From: an uncultured Gemmatimonadales bacterium
Lineage (GTDB): Bacteria > Gemmatimonadota > Gemmatimonadetes > Gemmatimonadales > GWC2-71-9
Assembly (NCBI GenBank): GCA_963779755.1
Contig: CAVZZO010000003.1
Coordinates: 1,216,001-1,280,000, forward strand
Direction of reading: 5' to 3'
Length of the DNA: 64,000 bases
A program made the position numbers and the translations under genes. This document shows, one piece after another, positions 38,001 to 47,387 of this stretch. Numbering within the stretch: position 1 is the stretch's first letter; each line of letters begins with the position of its first letter. The notes below the pieces were generated by a model that searched no databases, had not been told where the DNA came from, and worked only from the letters and a program-made list of their open reading frames with translations.

Positions 38001-39226
38001 GGCTTTCGCGCGCTCCAGATCACGCCGGCGGCCACGATCATGCAGATGATCCCCCCCAGCCTGAACGACCACTGCACCCCAAAGTGCTCTGCCACCCAGC
38101 CTGCCTGGAAGGCGCCGAAGGGGGAGAGACCGAGTACCAGAAAGGAGTACACCCCCATGACCCGGCCGCGGAGCTGGTCGGGGGCTTCGGTCTGCAGCAG
38201 CGTGTTGGTGAGCACGCTGGCACCCACCATCGCCGTGCCGGCGACGGTCAGGAGCGCCAGGGCCAGCCAGAAGCTGTCGAAGAAGGAAGCGCTGATGAGT
38301 CCGGCCCCGAACATGAGCCCGGAGAACAGCAGCACCCGGCGGCGCGGCAGCCGGTGGCCGAACGCCGCCAGGAAGAGCGCGGCGGCCGAGGCGCCCACCC
38401 CGCTGGCGCTCACCAGGGTGCCATATCCGGAGGCGCCGACCTTGAGCACCTCGCGCGCCAGCACCGGCAGCATGGGGATAAAGGCGGCCCCGAAGACGCT
38501 GAAGGTCCCCGTGAGGATCACCAGGCGCCGGGGCCAGGGCTCGCCCAGCATGTAGGCCATCCCCTCGCGGAAGGCGCGCCTGGGCTGCTCCCCGAGCTCC
38601 CGGCGGTAGGGCGGCAGCCGCATGAGGAGAAGCCCGGTGATCACCGCGATGTAGCTGGCGGCATTGACAAAGAAGCAGGCCGCGAGCCCGACCGACGCGA
38701 TCAGCACGCCCGCAATGGCCGGCCCCAGGATCCGGCTCACGTTGAAGACCGACGAGTTGAGCGCGATGGCGTTCATCAGCGAATCGCGATCGGTCATCTC
38801 CACGATGAAAGCCTGGCGGGTCGGGACCTCGAACGCCGACAGCGTCCCGAAGAAGACTGCCAGCCCGGCCACCCAGGGCACGCTGATGTGGCCCGTCACC
38901 TGAAGAATGCCGAGGGAGGTGGCCTCCAGCAGCATCAGCGACTGGAGAATGAGAATGAGCCGGTGCCGGTTCACCCGGTCGGCGATCACCCCGCCGTAGA
39001 GCGAGAAGAGCAGGATCGGCAGCGAGCCCAGGGCGCTCACCAGGCCCACCGTAAAGGCGGAGTTGGACAGCTGCAGCACCAGCCACCCCACCGCCACCCG
39101 CTGAATCCAGGTGCCCGAGAGCGAAATGAACTGCCCGATGAGAAACAGGCGGAAATTGCGGTAGCGCAGGGCGCCGAAGGACGGCGGGGGCTGCGCGGGG
39201 AGCGGATCGCGGGCGGAAATGGTCAC
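37949..39226 (-). CDS. MFS transporter
   Basis: ALRYRNFRLF, GGVIADR, SRILGPAIAG and LRGRVMG motifs; about 12 TM; GTG start inferred. Confidence 0.9.
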   Translation of the reverse strand: MTISARDPLPAQPPPSFGALRYRNFRLFLIGQFISLSGTWIQRVAVGWLVLQLSNSAFTVGLVSALGSLPILLFSLYGGVIADRVNRHRLILILQSLMLLEATSLGILQVTGHISVPWVAGLAVFFGTLSAFEVPTRQAFIVEMTDRDSLMNAIALNSSVFNVSRILGPAIAGVLIASVGLAACFFVNAASYIAVITGLLLMRLPPYRRELGEQPRRAFREGMAYMLGEPWPRRLVILTGTFSVFGAAFIPMLPVLAREVLKVGASGYGTLVSASGVGASAAALFLAAFGHRLPRRRVLLFSGLMFGAGLISASFFDSFWLALALLTVAGTAMVGASVLTNTLLQTEAPDQLRGRVMGVYSFLVLGLSPFGAFQAGWVAEHFGVQWSFRLGGIICMIVAAGVIWSARKPGKGKGEQGTGRTSVPA

Positions 39227-39239
39227 GCGCCGGATAGTA

Positions 39240-39411
39240 AAGGGGAAAAGGAAAACGGGAATGGGGAAACGGGAAGAGGTGAGGCATACGGGGCGCCACG
39301 CCCTGCCTCCTCGGCCCTCCCGCCCTGCAGCCTTACCAGAAAATGTGCCGGATGTTATGCATTCGAAGAGGGGGTCTGCCAGTTCCCATTTCCCTTTTCC
39401 CCATTCCCCCG
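39240..39411. repeat. Inverted purine/pyrimidine ~7-bp arrays around a ~100-nt spacer
   Basis: GGGGAAA/GGGAATG/GGGAAAC ... TTCCCAT/TTCCCTT/TTCCCCA between divergent genes. Confidence 0.75.
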
Positions 39412-39416
39412 TTCGT

Positions 39417-40703
39417 ATGCGCTTCACCACCTACTCCAAATTCGTCCCCGGCCTGGCCGACGCCGTCAATCTCCAGAGCCTCCTCGACCAGCTGGGCGAC
39501 TTCCTGCTCCAGTCGGGGTTTGCCGGCGGGGGGAACTACCCCTTCTGGGACGACGAAGAGCAGCAGCATTCGATGGACGCCCTGCGCCAGGCCATTCTCC
39601 AGGCGCTGATGGACTCGGGCCAGCTGACTCCCGAGATGCTCAAGGTCCTGCGGGGCGAGAGCACGGGAGACGCCGAGCGCGACCGGCAGATCCAGCAGGA
39701 GCTGGCGCAGCTGCTGGACCAGATCGTCCAGCGGCTGGTGGAGGAGGGCTATCTCAGCGCTACCGAAGCGCCCCAGATGCCGGCCGGCTACCAGAACATG
39801 ACGGGGCCGGGGGGCGAGGCCAAAGCGGCCGCGCAACAGGTGCAGTTCAATCTGACGGAAAAGGGCATCGACTTTCTGGGCTACAAGACGCTGCGCAACC
39901 TGCTGGGCGCCATCGGCAAGTCCAGCTTCGGCTCGCACGAGACGGCACACCTGGCCACCAGTGTCGAAGCCGAGGCGGCGAGCAAGCCCTATGAGTTCGG
40001 CGATACGCTGAACCTGGACGTGCCGGCGACCCTCACCCACGCCATCGCGCGCGAGGGGCTGGGGGTGCCGATCAACCTGGATTACGGCGACCTCATGGTG
40101 CATCAGAGCGAGTACCGCTCGTCGTCGGCCACGGTGCTCATGCTGGACTGCTCACACTCGATGATTCTTTACGGGGAAGACCGGTTCACGCCGGCCAAGA
40201 AGGTGGCGCTGGCGCTCACCCATCTGATCCGCACCCAGTACCCCGGCGACACGCTCAAGGTGGTCCTCTTCCACGATTCGGCGGAGGAGATTCCGTTGCC
40301 GGGGCTGGCCCGGGCGCAGGTGGGCCCGTACCACACCAATACCGCGGAGGGGCTCAAGCTGGCGCGGCGGATCCTGAGCGGCCAGAAGAAGGACATGAAG
40401 CAGATCATCATGATTACCGACGGCAAGCCGTCGGCGCTCACCATGCCGGACGGCCGGGTCTATGTGAACAGCATGGGGCTCGATCCGATGATCCTGAAGG
40501 CCACCTTCCGCGAGGTGGCCAACTGCCGCCGCAGCGGGATCATGATCAATACCTTCATGCTGGCGCGCGACCGGAGCCTGGTGGAGTTCGTGAAGCAGGT
40601 GGCGCAGATCTGCCGGGGCAAGGCCTACTTCACCAACACGATGACGCTGGGGCAGTTCATCCTGATGGATTTCATGAAAAGGAAGACGAGGAAGGTGTCG
40701 TAG
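39417..40703 (+). CDS. von Willebrand factor A domain protein
   Basis: MIDAS DCSHS, TNT and ITDGKP motifs. Confidence 0.88.
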   Translation: MRFTTYSKFVPGLADAVNLQSLLDQLGDFLLQSGFAGGGNYPFWDDEEQQHSMDALRQAILQALMDSGQLTPEMLKVLRGESTGDAERDRQIQQELAQLLDQIVQRLVEEGYLSATEAPQMPAGYQNMTGPGGEAKAAAQQVQFNLTEKGIDFLGYKTLRNLLGAIGKSSFGSHETAHLATSVEAEAASKPYEFGDTLNLDVPATLTHAIAREGLGVPINLDYGDLMVHQSEYRSSSATVLMLDCSHSMILYGEDRFTPAKKVALALTHLIRTQYPGDTLKVVLFHDSAEEIPLPGLARAQVGPYHTNTAEGLKLARRILSGQKKDMKQIIMITDGKPSALTMPDGRVYVNSMGLDPMILKATFREVANCRRSGIMINTFMLARDRSLVEFVKQVAQICRGKAYFTNTMTLGQFILMDFMKRKTRKVS

Positions 40704-40732
40704 GGCAGCGTTACGTCTTACCTTCCCGGGCG

Positions 40733-41416
40733 ATGCCCGCCCTCGCCGCCCTCGAACGCCGCATCCCCGCCTGTTCGCGCTGCCCCGAATTACGCCGTTA
40801 CTGCGCCCGCATCGCCCGGGAGAAGAAGCGCGCCTACCGCGACTGGGACTACTGGGGCCGGCCCGTCCCCGGCTTCGGCGACCCGCGGGCGCGGCTCCTC
40901 ATCGTCGGCCTGGCGCCGGCCGCGCACGGCGCCAACCGCACCGGCCGCATGTTCACCGGCGACTCCAGCGGCGACTGGCTCTACCACGCGCTCCACCGCT
41001 ACGGCTTCGCCAGCCGGGGCGAGTCGGTCTCGCGCGACGACGGCCTGCGGCTGGTGGACTGCTTCATCAGCGCCGCCCTCCGCTGCGCACCGCCCGGCAA
41101 CAAGCCCACCCGCGCCGAGATGGAGCGCTGCCGGCCATGGCTGGTGCAGGAGATGGCCCTGCTCACCCGCGTCCGGGTCGTGGTAGTGCTGGGGCGTATC
41201 GCCTGGCAGAACTGGCTCCAGGCGGCGGGCTGGTGGGAGCGGCTGGCCCCGCGGGAGCGTCCGCCCTTCGGGCACGGCGAAGCCCGGACCCTGCCGGACG
41301 GCACCACGCTGATTTCGTCCTACCATCCCAGCCGGCAGAATACCAATACAGGGCGGCTGGGACGGGCGGCGTTTCATGCGATCTTTCAGAGGGCGAGAGA
41401 AGCGGTGCGCGGCTAA
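40733..41416 (+). CDS. Uracil-DNA glycosylase family 5 (UdgB-like)
   Basis: CxxC, GLAPAAHGANRTG, RCAPP and HPSRQNT motifs. Confidence 0.9.
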   Translation: MPALAALERRIPACSRCPELRRYCARIAREKKRAYRDWDYWGRPVPGFGDPRARLLIVGLAPAAHGANRTGRMFTGDSSGDWLYHALHRYGFASRGESVSRDDGLRLVDCFISAALRCAPPGNKPTRAEMERCRPWLVQEMALLTRVRVVVVLGRIAWQNWLQAAGWWERLAPRERPPFGHGEARTLPDGTTLISSYHPSRQNTNTGRLGRAAFHAIFQRAREAVRG

Positions 41417-41418
41417 GG

Positions 41419-41585
41419 GATGGGAGAAGGACGGGAAGAAGACGGGAGAAGGACGGGAGAAGGACGGGAAAGAAGACGGGAGAAGGACGGGAAGAAGACG
41501 GGAGAAGGACGGGAAGAAGGACGGGAGAAGGACGGGAAGAAGACGGGAGAAGGACGGGAAGAGGACGGGAGGAAGACGGGAGGAG
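41419..41585 (+). repeat. ~15 tandem copies of an 11-bp unit GACGGGAGAAG/GACGGGAAGAA
   Basis: Counted directly; starts right after the udg stop codon. Confidence 0.95.
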
Positions 41586-41605
41586 GGTAGGAGCGGGGGC
41601 AGGGG

Positions 41606-41962
41606 TTAGCGCGGACCCAGCGAGGTGTACTGCCTCCAGACAAGGCGCGCGGCGTACTGCCGCATCTGCTCGGACCGGTCGTAATCGCCCCCGGAGAGAA
41701 ACCTCTGATCGCGGGCAAAGCGCAGAATGACCTGCAATTCGGCGAGGGATGATCGAGCGATGTCCAGAAACCGCCGCAACTCGCCCCTGCCCCAGCGCGA
41801 ATTGCCCTCCGCAATGTTCGCCGGTACGGAAAACGCTGCCCGACGGGCCTGTGAGGTCAAGCCGTACAACTCATCCCGAGGCCATTTTCTCGTGACCCGG
41901 TAAACCTCGCCGGCCAACTCGTAGGACACCTGCCAGCTGCGAAGCTTCTCATGCTCGGCCAT
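41606..41962 (-). CDS. Four helix bundle protein (TIGR02436 / 23S rRNA IVP / bAvd-like fold)
   Basis: EKLRSWQ, ELYGLTSQARRAAFSVPANIAEG, FLDIARSSLAEL; 118 aa. Confidence 0.92.
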   Translation of the reverse strand: MAEHEKLRSWQVSYELAGEVYRVTRKWPRDELYGLTSQARRAAFSVPANIAEGNSRWGRGELRRFLDIARSSLAELQVILRFARDQRFLSGGDYDRSEQMRQYAARLVWRQYTSLGPR

Positions 41963-42090
41963 ATCAAACGATGGCGAAATATGCCGCACCTTTCGTCATC
42001 GGAAAAATGCAGGACGCGGCAAGAACCCAACTGGACCTGCCCCGGTTTGGTGGACACCTGATGTCGTAGATTACGACAAGGAGGTGTCTC

Positions 42091-42372
42091 ATGGGCAAGG
42101 CCCGACGGCAGTACGACGAACAGTACAAGCGTGAGGCCGTCCGGTTTCTGGAAGAGACCGGGCGGCCGTTGCGTGCGGTGGCCGACGAGCTCCAGGTGAG
42201 CGAGGGGGCGTTGTGGCGCTGGCGGAAGCGGTACGGGACGGGGGCGCAGGCGGGGGTGAGCCCGAGTGAGGCGGCGGAGCTGCGGCGCTTGCGCCGGGAG
42301 AATGAGATCCTGCGCCAGGAGCGGGATTTCTTAAAAAAAGCGGCAGCGTACTTCGCGAATCCGTCCCCGTGA
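42091..42372 (+). CDS. IS3 transposase OrfA
   Basis: AGGAGGT RBS; RRQYDEQYKREAV HTH; LRRENEILRQERDFLKKAAAYF. Confidence 0.92.
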   Translation: MGKARRQYDEQYKREAVRFLEETGRPLRAVADELQVSEGALWRWRKRYGTGAQAGVSPSEAAELRRLRRENEILRQERDFLKKAAAYFANPSP

Positions 42373-42959
42373 AGTATGCCTGTATCCGGCGGCATGAGGG
42401 CGGCTTTCCGGTGGGGCTGATGTGTCGGGTGTTGGCGGTTTCGCGGGCGGGGTATTACGCCTGGCGGCGGCGCCGGCCCAGTGCCCGAGCCCAGCAGGAT
42501 ACGCAGTTGCGGGTGGTGATTCGGGCCATTCACGCGGCGAGCCAGCGGCGCTATGGCCGGCCCCGGATACATCGGGAACTCCGGGACACGCATCAGATTC
42601 GCTGCAGTCCCAAGCGGGTCGCGCGGCTCATGCAGCTGGACGGGTTGCGGGGAAAGCGTACCCGGCGGTACCGGGGCACGACCCAGAGCGATGGGACCCC
42701 CCCGGCCCCCAACCACCTGGGGCGGCGCTTTCACGTCAGCGAGCGCAATCGGGTGTGGGTCAGTGATGTCACCGCCTGCGCCACCGACCAAGGGTGGCTC
42801 TATTTGGCGGTGGTCCTGGATCTGGCCTCGCGACGGGTGGTGGGCTGGGCCGCCGGCGCGACGGTGGGCTAGGAGCTCACCCTGGCCGCCCTGCGCCAGG
42901 CCTTGACCCATCGCACCCCGCCGCCGGGGCTGCTGCACCATTCCGATCGCGGGATGCAT

Positions 42960-44431
42960 GGCGGATTCAAGTGGTCGTCGCAACACCCACTCTGTGGAGG
43001 TTGCGATGGGAGTACCGAAGCGTCGAAGGAGCGATCGGTCGGGGCGAGCCAAGGTGCGCTCGCCCGGGCGCCCGCCAGTGGGGCGGCGTGAGGACCGGCG
43101 GGTGTTCTGGGCGGCGATCGCACGGGGCGAGTATCCCGCGGTGGCGGTCGCCGACGCCCGCGTGTCGTGGGTGGTGGGAGTGCGCTGGTTCCGCCAAGCT
43201 GGAGGGATGCCTCCCTCGCATCTGGCCCCGGGGGCGCCACCGCTCTCGGGGCGCTACCTCTCGTTCGCGGAGCGCGAGCAGCTCGCCCTCCTCAGGGCCC
43301 AGCGACTCGGCGTGCGCGAGTGTGCCCGTTGGCTCCATCGCGCGCCGTCGACGATCTCGCGCGAGTTGCGCCGCAACGCGGCCACGCGCAGCGGCGCGCT
43401 CGATTACCGCGCCACCACGGCGCAGTGGCACGCCGATCGTGCGGCCTGTCGACCAAAGGCGGCAAAGCTGGCAATCGATCCGCGGCTGCAGCAGTATGTG
43501 CAGGAGCGGCTGGCGGGAGTAATTGCATTCCCCGACGGCGTGCCGATCCACGGGCCGGCGGTGCCGTGGAAGGGTCGGCGGCACGGGCGTCGCCAGCACC
43601 GGCGCTGGGGGCGCGCGTGGAGCCCCGAGCAGATCGCGCACCGACTCCCCCTCGACTATCCAGACGATCCGACGATGCGCATCAGCCACGAGGCGATTTA
43701 CCAGGCCCTCTACGTGCAGGGCCGTGGTGCGCTCCGTCGGGAACTCACCGCGTACCTGCGCACGGGGCGAGCCTTGCGGGTCCCGCGAGCCCGCACGCGC
43801 GGCCGGGGCAAGCGCTTTGTCACGCCGGAGCTGCGGATCGCCGAGCGCCCGGCGGAAGTTGAGGATCGTGCGGTTCCAGGGCATTGGGAAGGCGACCTGA
43901 TCCTCGGGCTCGGCAGCTCGGCCATCGGCACGCTCGTCGAGCGTACCACCCGCTTCACCGTGCTGCTGCACCTGCCGCGTATGGCGACACACGCCACGGG
44001 CGCCCGGACGACCGACACGCGGAACGGCCCGCCCCTAGCGGGGCACGGTGCCACCGCCGTGCGGGACGCGATCGTCCGCACGATGCGCACGGTGCCGCGC
44101 CAGCTTTGGCGCTCGCTCACGTGGGATCAAGGCGCTGAGATGGCCGAGCACGCCCAGCTCCGGATCGACACCGGCCTCGCGGTCTACTTCTGTGATCCGC
44201 ACAGCCCGTGGCAGCGCGGAACCAACGAGAACACGAACGGGCTGCTGCGGCAGTTCTTCCCGAAAGGGACCGACCTCAGCGTCCACCGCGCCGCGATCCT
44301 CGATGCGGTCGCGCTCGCCCTCAACGCGCGTCCGCGGAAGACCTTGGACTGGCGTACCCCTGCCGAAGCCTTCGCCACCCTGCTACGATCTGCAGTGACA
44401 ACGACCGTTGCGACGACCGATTGAACCTGGG
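42960..44431 (+). mobile_element. IS30-family insertion sequence
   Basis: Left end GGCGGATTCAAGTGGTCGTCGCAAC; right end reverse complement CCCAGGTTCAATCGGTCGTCGCAAC; CAT (or GCAT) duplication. Confidence 0.9.
43006..44424 (+). CDS. IS30-family transposase
   Basis: YLSFAERE, STISRELRRN, WSPEQI, ISHEAIYQ, GHWEGDLI, TWDQGAE and PWQRGTNENTNGLLRQ motifs. Confidence 0.95.
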   Translation: MGVPKRRRSDRSGRAKVRSPGRPPVGRREDRRVFWAAIARGEYPAVAVADARVSWVVGVRWFRQAGGMPPSHLAPGAPPLSGRYLSFAEREQLALLRAQRLGVRECARWLHRAPSTISRELRRNAATRSGALDYRATTAQWHADRAACRPKAAKLAIDPRLQQYVQERLAGVIAFPDGVPIHGPAVPWKGRRHGRRQHRRWGRAWSPEQIAHRLPLDYPDDPTMRISHEAIYQALYVQGRGALRRELTAYLRTGRALRVPRARTRGRGKRFVTPELRIAERPAEVEDRAVPGHWEGDLILGLGSSAIGTLVERTTRFTVLLHLPRMATHATGARTTDTRNGPPLAGHGATAVRDAIVRTMRTVPRQLWRSLTWDQGAEMAEHAQLRIDTGLAVYFCDPHSPWQRGTNENTNGLLRQFFPKGTDLSVHRAAILDAVALALNARPRKTLDWRTPAEAFATLLRSAVTTTVATTD

Positions 44432-44746
44432 CATTACACCGGGACCAGCTATCAGCGGCTGCTCGCGGCGCACGGCGGCATCGCCAGCATGAGCCGACGC
44501 GGGGATTGCTGGGATAATGCCGTGGCGGAGAGTTTCTTCGCCACCCTGAAAACCGAACTGGTGGCCGACGCGAATTGGCGGAGTCGCGCCGAGGGAACCG
44601 ACGCACTCCGCCAGTATCTCGCCTGGTACAACGGGCGACGGTTACATTCGAGCTTGGACTACCGGAGTCCCGCGGCGTACGAGCGTCAACTCGCCGCTGC
44701 TTAACCCCGTGTCCACGAAATCGGGGCAAGACCAAACCACCGGCCA

Positions 44747-44811
44747 TTTTCCCGTCTTTCTCCCGTCTTTCTCCCGTCCTGCTCCCGTCTTACTCCCATC
44801 TTACTCCCGCC
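44747..44811 (-). repeat. ~6 copies of the 11-bp unit in inverted orientation (TTTCTCCCGTC)
   Basis: Reverse complement of the 41419-41585 unit; ends just before the M48 gene's stop codon. Confidence 0.9.
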
Positions 44812-44813
44812 CC

Positions 44814-46259
44814 CTACCGCACCCGCTTCAGAACCGTCCCCGCCGGAAAGCTCGTCTGATCCGTCGCCTCGTTGATGATCGCCAGGTCCTCGCTGGGAAT
44901 GGTAGAGGGATAGGCCTGGGCGAACTGCGCGAAGGTCATGCTCCGCGGCAGCTTCACCAGCTCGACCCGTTTGGGCTTCACATTGAGCGCCGCCTGATTG
45001 GTCAGTGGGGCGAAGCTGCCGATGGCGCTGTAGAATGCGCTCTGATAGGTGCCGATCCGGTCGGCGGCGGTATAGCCCAGGATCTGGTACACCTTCCCGC
45101 CGTAGGCGATGAACGTCGCGATGCCGCGCAGCGGCGTTCCCTGACTGTCCTGGGCATCGAAAACCGCGGTGACCGCCGACTGGCCGTTGATGGAATTCTG
45201 GCTGGTCTGCCCCGGCTGCACACCCTGCTGGCTCAGGAACTGCTGGGCTGCCGCCGAGGGAGTGGCGGCCTGGGAGAGCGACAGCTCGATCGCGGCATCG
45301 TTGTTGGGACTTACCGCCACGACGGCCTGCGGCTGATTCTGGTACTGCCAGCCCTGCGGCATGGTGATCTGGAACCGCAGGTTGGGATGGTAGAACACGT
45401 TGTTCTGGAAGTATCCCTGCGCGGGATCCTCGCCATAGATCACGTTGTTGACCCGCTGCAGATACCCGTCGCGGTTCACCACCGCGCCGGCCAGGCTCTT
45501 GCTCAGGGTATCGAGCCGGGCCTGGGTCGCCTGGATCCGGTTGCCGGGATCGGGGTGGGTCGCCAGCCATTCGGGCAGCCCGCTGCCGCCCTGCGCCTGG
45601 CTCATCCGCTGCAGGATCTGGAACACGTCCACCATCTGGCGTACGTCCCAACCGTGCTCCTCCGTGTACTTGAACCCCAGCCGGTCGGCCTCGGCTTCGT
45701 CGTCCCGGCTGTACTTCAGGAACAGCAGGTTCAGCCCCAGACCGGCCACATTCCCCAGCTTGGCCACGGTGGGCGAGAGAATGGAGCCCAGGCCCAGGCC
45801 GAGCTGCGCCACCTGCTGCTGGCTGATCTGCTCCACCGCGTGCCGGTGCGTGACGTGCCCGATCTCGTGCCCGATGACCGACGCCAGCTCCGCCTCGTTG
45901 TTGATCGCCGTAATGAGCCCGCGGGTCACGAAAATCGGACCGCCCGGCAGGGCGAACGCGTTCACCGCGGGGTCGTCCACCACCTGGAAGCTCCAGGGAA
46001 GATTCGGGCGCTCGGACGTCTTGGCCATCTTCATGCCGATACTCGACACGTAGCTCTGCAGCTGCGGGTCGTTGTACAGGCCGATCGTCTGCCGCACCTC
46101 CTCCGCCCCCTGCTGGCCCATCTGGATTTCCTGGCTTTCCGATACCAGGGCCAGTTCGGACTTGCCGGTAACCGGATTGGTGGCGCAGCTCACCGCCAGC
46201 GCGCCTGCGAGTATGGCAGGGACGGTGCGACGGAGCGAAGTCAGCATGGGTAGCGGCAT
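44814..46259 (-). CDS. M48-family metalloprotease lipoprotein (BepA/YfgC-like)
   Basis: LAVSC lipobox; NAFALPGG, HEIGH, EAEAD and THP motifs. Confidence 0.92.
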   Translation of the reverse strand: MPLPMLTSLRRTVPAILAGALAVSCATNPVTGKSELALVSESQEIQMGQQGAEEVRQTIGLYNDPQLQSYVSSIGMKMAKTSERPNLPWSFQVVDDPAVNAFALPGGPIFVTRGLITAINNEAELASVIGHEIGHVTHRHAVEQISQQQVAQLGLGLGSILSPTVAKLGNVAGLGLNLLFLKYSRDDEAEADRLGFKYTEEHGWDVRQMVDVFQILQRMSQAQGGSGLPEWLATHPDPGNRIQATQARLDTLSKSLAGAVVNRDGYLQRVNNVIYGEDPAQGYFQNNVFYHPNLRFQITMPQGWQYQNQPQAVVAVSPNNDAAIELSLSQAATPSAAAQQFLSQQGVQPGQTSQNSINGQSAVTAVFDAQDSQGTPLRGIATFIAYGGKVYQILGYTAADRIGTYQSAFYSAIGSFAPLTNQAALNVKPKRVELVKLPRSMTFAQFAQAYPSTIPSEDLAIINEATDQTSFPAGTVLKRVR

Positions 46260-46368
46260 GGGCTTGAGACCTGTGCGAGTGGTGAACGGCCAGTCGGGCT
46301 CCCACCTCGAATACCCTGTCATACTGACCACCTGGACGGCGCCGGGCTGTGCCGGAGCGCACACTGCC

Positions 46369-47319
46369 TCAAGTGCGGCCCAGCAGCCGCCAGGGCAGCC
46401 GCGCATCCGGCCGGACGAAGTGGCGCTGCAGGGGCCGCCAGTCGGCCCATGCCCGGGCGCCCTGTTCCTCCAGATGCTCCCACAGTACCGGCAACCGGCG
46501 CCGGGCGGCGCCCTCGCATAGCTCGTTCAGCGTCCGCGCCAGCACCTGCGCGTCCTGCAGCCGCCCCAGCACCGACTGCAGCCGGCGAAGCTGCTCCAGC
46601 CGCCGGACGGTACCGGGCCCGGCCACGTCGACCAACGGCTCTACCTGGTAGCGCAGCCGTTTGCCGATGCGGCGCAACTGGTGCAGCGTCTCGCCCTGGG
46701 CGTCGAGGTCCGCCGGCGGGCCCGTCCCGGGATCTTCCCGCGCCACCTGCAACCTGCCCTGCCTGAGAACCGCCCCGATACCCCAGCCCGGATGCAGCCA
46801 GAAGCGGCGCAGCACGGGTGAGAGCAGGTCGGGTAACGTATCGCCGGCGCGAAGGGAGGCGGGCCAGCGCCAGGCCGGGCGGGCCAGCCAGGCGGACAGA
46901 CCGCGCCGCATCCCGGAGAATGCGCGGCTCCGGAAGGCGGCACGCGCCTCGGCCAGGGCAGCCTCGCGCCGCTCCCGTAGCACGCCGGCGATCCGGTGCA
47001 GTTCCACCCGTTCCGCCACCGCCGGCGGCGTGGCTGGCGGCGCATCCAGCCACTCGAGCAGCACGTCGTGATCGCGCAGGGCGCGAAACCGGCGCCCGAA
47101 ACGCGCGACCGTGCGCGCACTCCCGGCCTTCGGCAGGTCGAGCCCGGGCCCGAAGACCTCGAGCGCAGCGCGCAAGCGCCGCAGCGCCACACGAAAATCG
47201 TGCACCGCCCTGGTGTCCTTCCCGGACTCGACACCCGAACGCTCCTTCAGCATCCGGCCGAAGGAGCGCTCGATCGCCGGAAAGGCGAGGTCGGCGAGAA
47301 GGATCTGCGGCTGGGCCAT
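46369..47319 (-). CDS. CHAD-domain protein
   Basis: VHDFRVALRRLR, RDHDV, LHQLRRIGKRLRY and LGRLQD motifs. Confidence 0.88.
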   Translation of the reverse strand: MAQPQILLADLAFPAIERSFGRMLKERSGVESGKDTRAVHDFRVALRRLRAALEVFGPGLDLPKAGSARTVARFGRRFRALRDHDVLLEWLDAPPATPPAVAERVELHRIAGVLRERREAALAEARAAFRSRAFSGMRRGLSAWLARPAWRWPASLRAGDTLPDLLSPVLRRFWLHPGWGIGAVLRQGRLQVAREDPGTGPPADLDAQGETLHQLRRIGKRLRYQVEPLVDVAGPGTVRRLEQLRRLQSVLGRLQDAQVLARTLNELCEGAARRRLPVLWEHLEEQGARAWADWRPLQRHFVRPDARLPWRLLGRT

Positions 47320-47387
47320 GCTCCCTGAGAGACTGAGAAGGCAGCGAGAATACTGCCGCAGAGGCGCTGAGTACGCGCTGAATACCC

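Larger units (their letters stand above)
42369..44704 (+). pseudogene. IS3 transposase OrfB, disrupted (TAG at 42870; IS30 insertion at 42960-44431)
   Basis: YGRPRI, WVSDVT, YLAVVLD and HSDRG, then after the insertion HYTG..SRRGDCWDNAVAESFF, YNGRRLHSSL. Confidence 0.9.
42032..44734 (+). mobile_element. IS3-family insertion sequence (inactivated; carries a nested IS30)
   Basis: IRL TGGACCTGCCCCGGTTTGGTGGACAC; IRR reverse complement TGGTCTTGCCCCGATTTCGTGGACAC; AAC duplication at 42029-31 and 44735-37; A7G slippery site at 42333-40. Confidence 0.93.

Noticed and set aside
41419..41585. Possible CRISPR array
   Set aside because: The 11-bp units are contiguous with no unique spacers, and there are no cas genes in the window
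41137..41814. ORFs of 77-197 aa across the repeat array
   Set aside because: Low-complexity translations of the tandem repeat that overlap real genes
41606..41962. Diversity-generating retroelement (Avd-like gene)
   Set aside because: No reverse transcriptase and no TR/VR pair with adenine-specific mismatches were seen in the window
42870..42872. Programmed TAG readthrough (e.g. pyrrolysine) in IS3 orfB
   Set aside because: A simple CAG-to-TAG change in an element already disrupted by IS30; no supporting machinery seen
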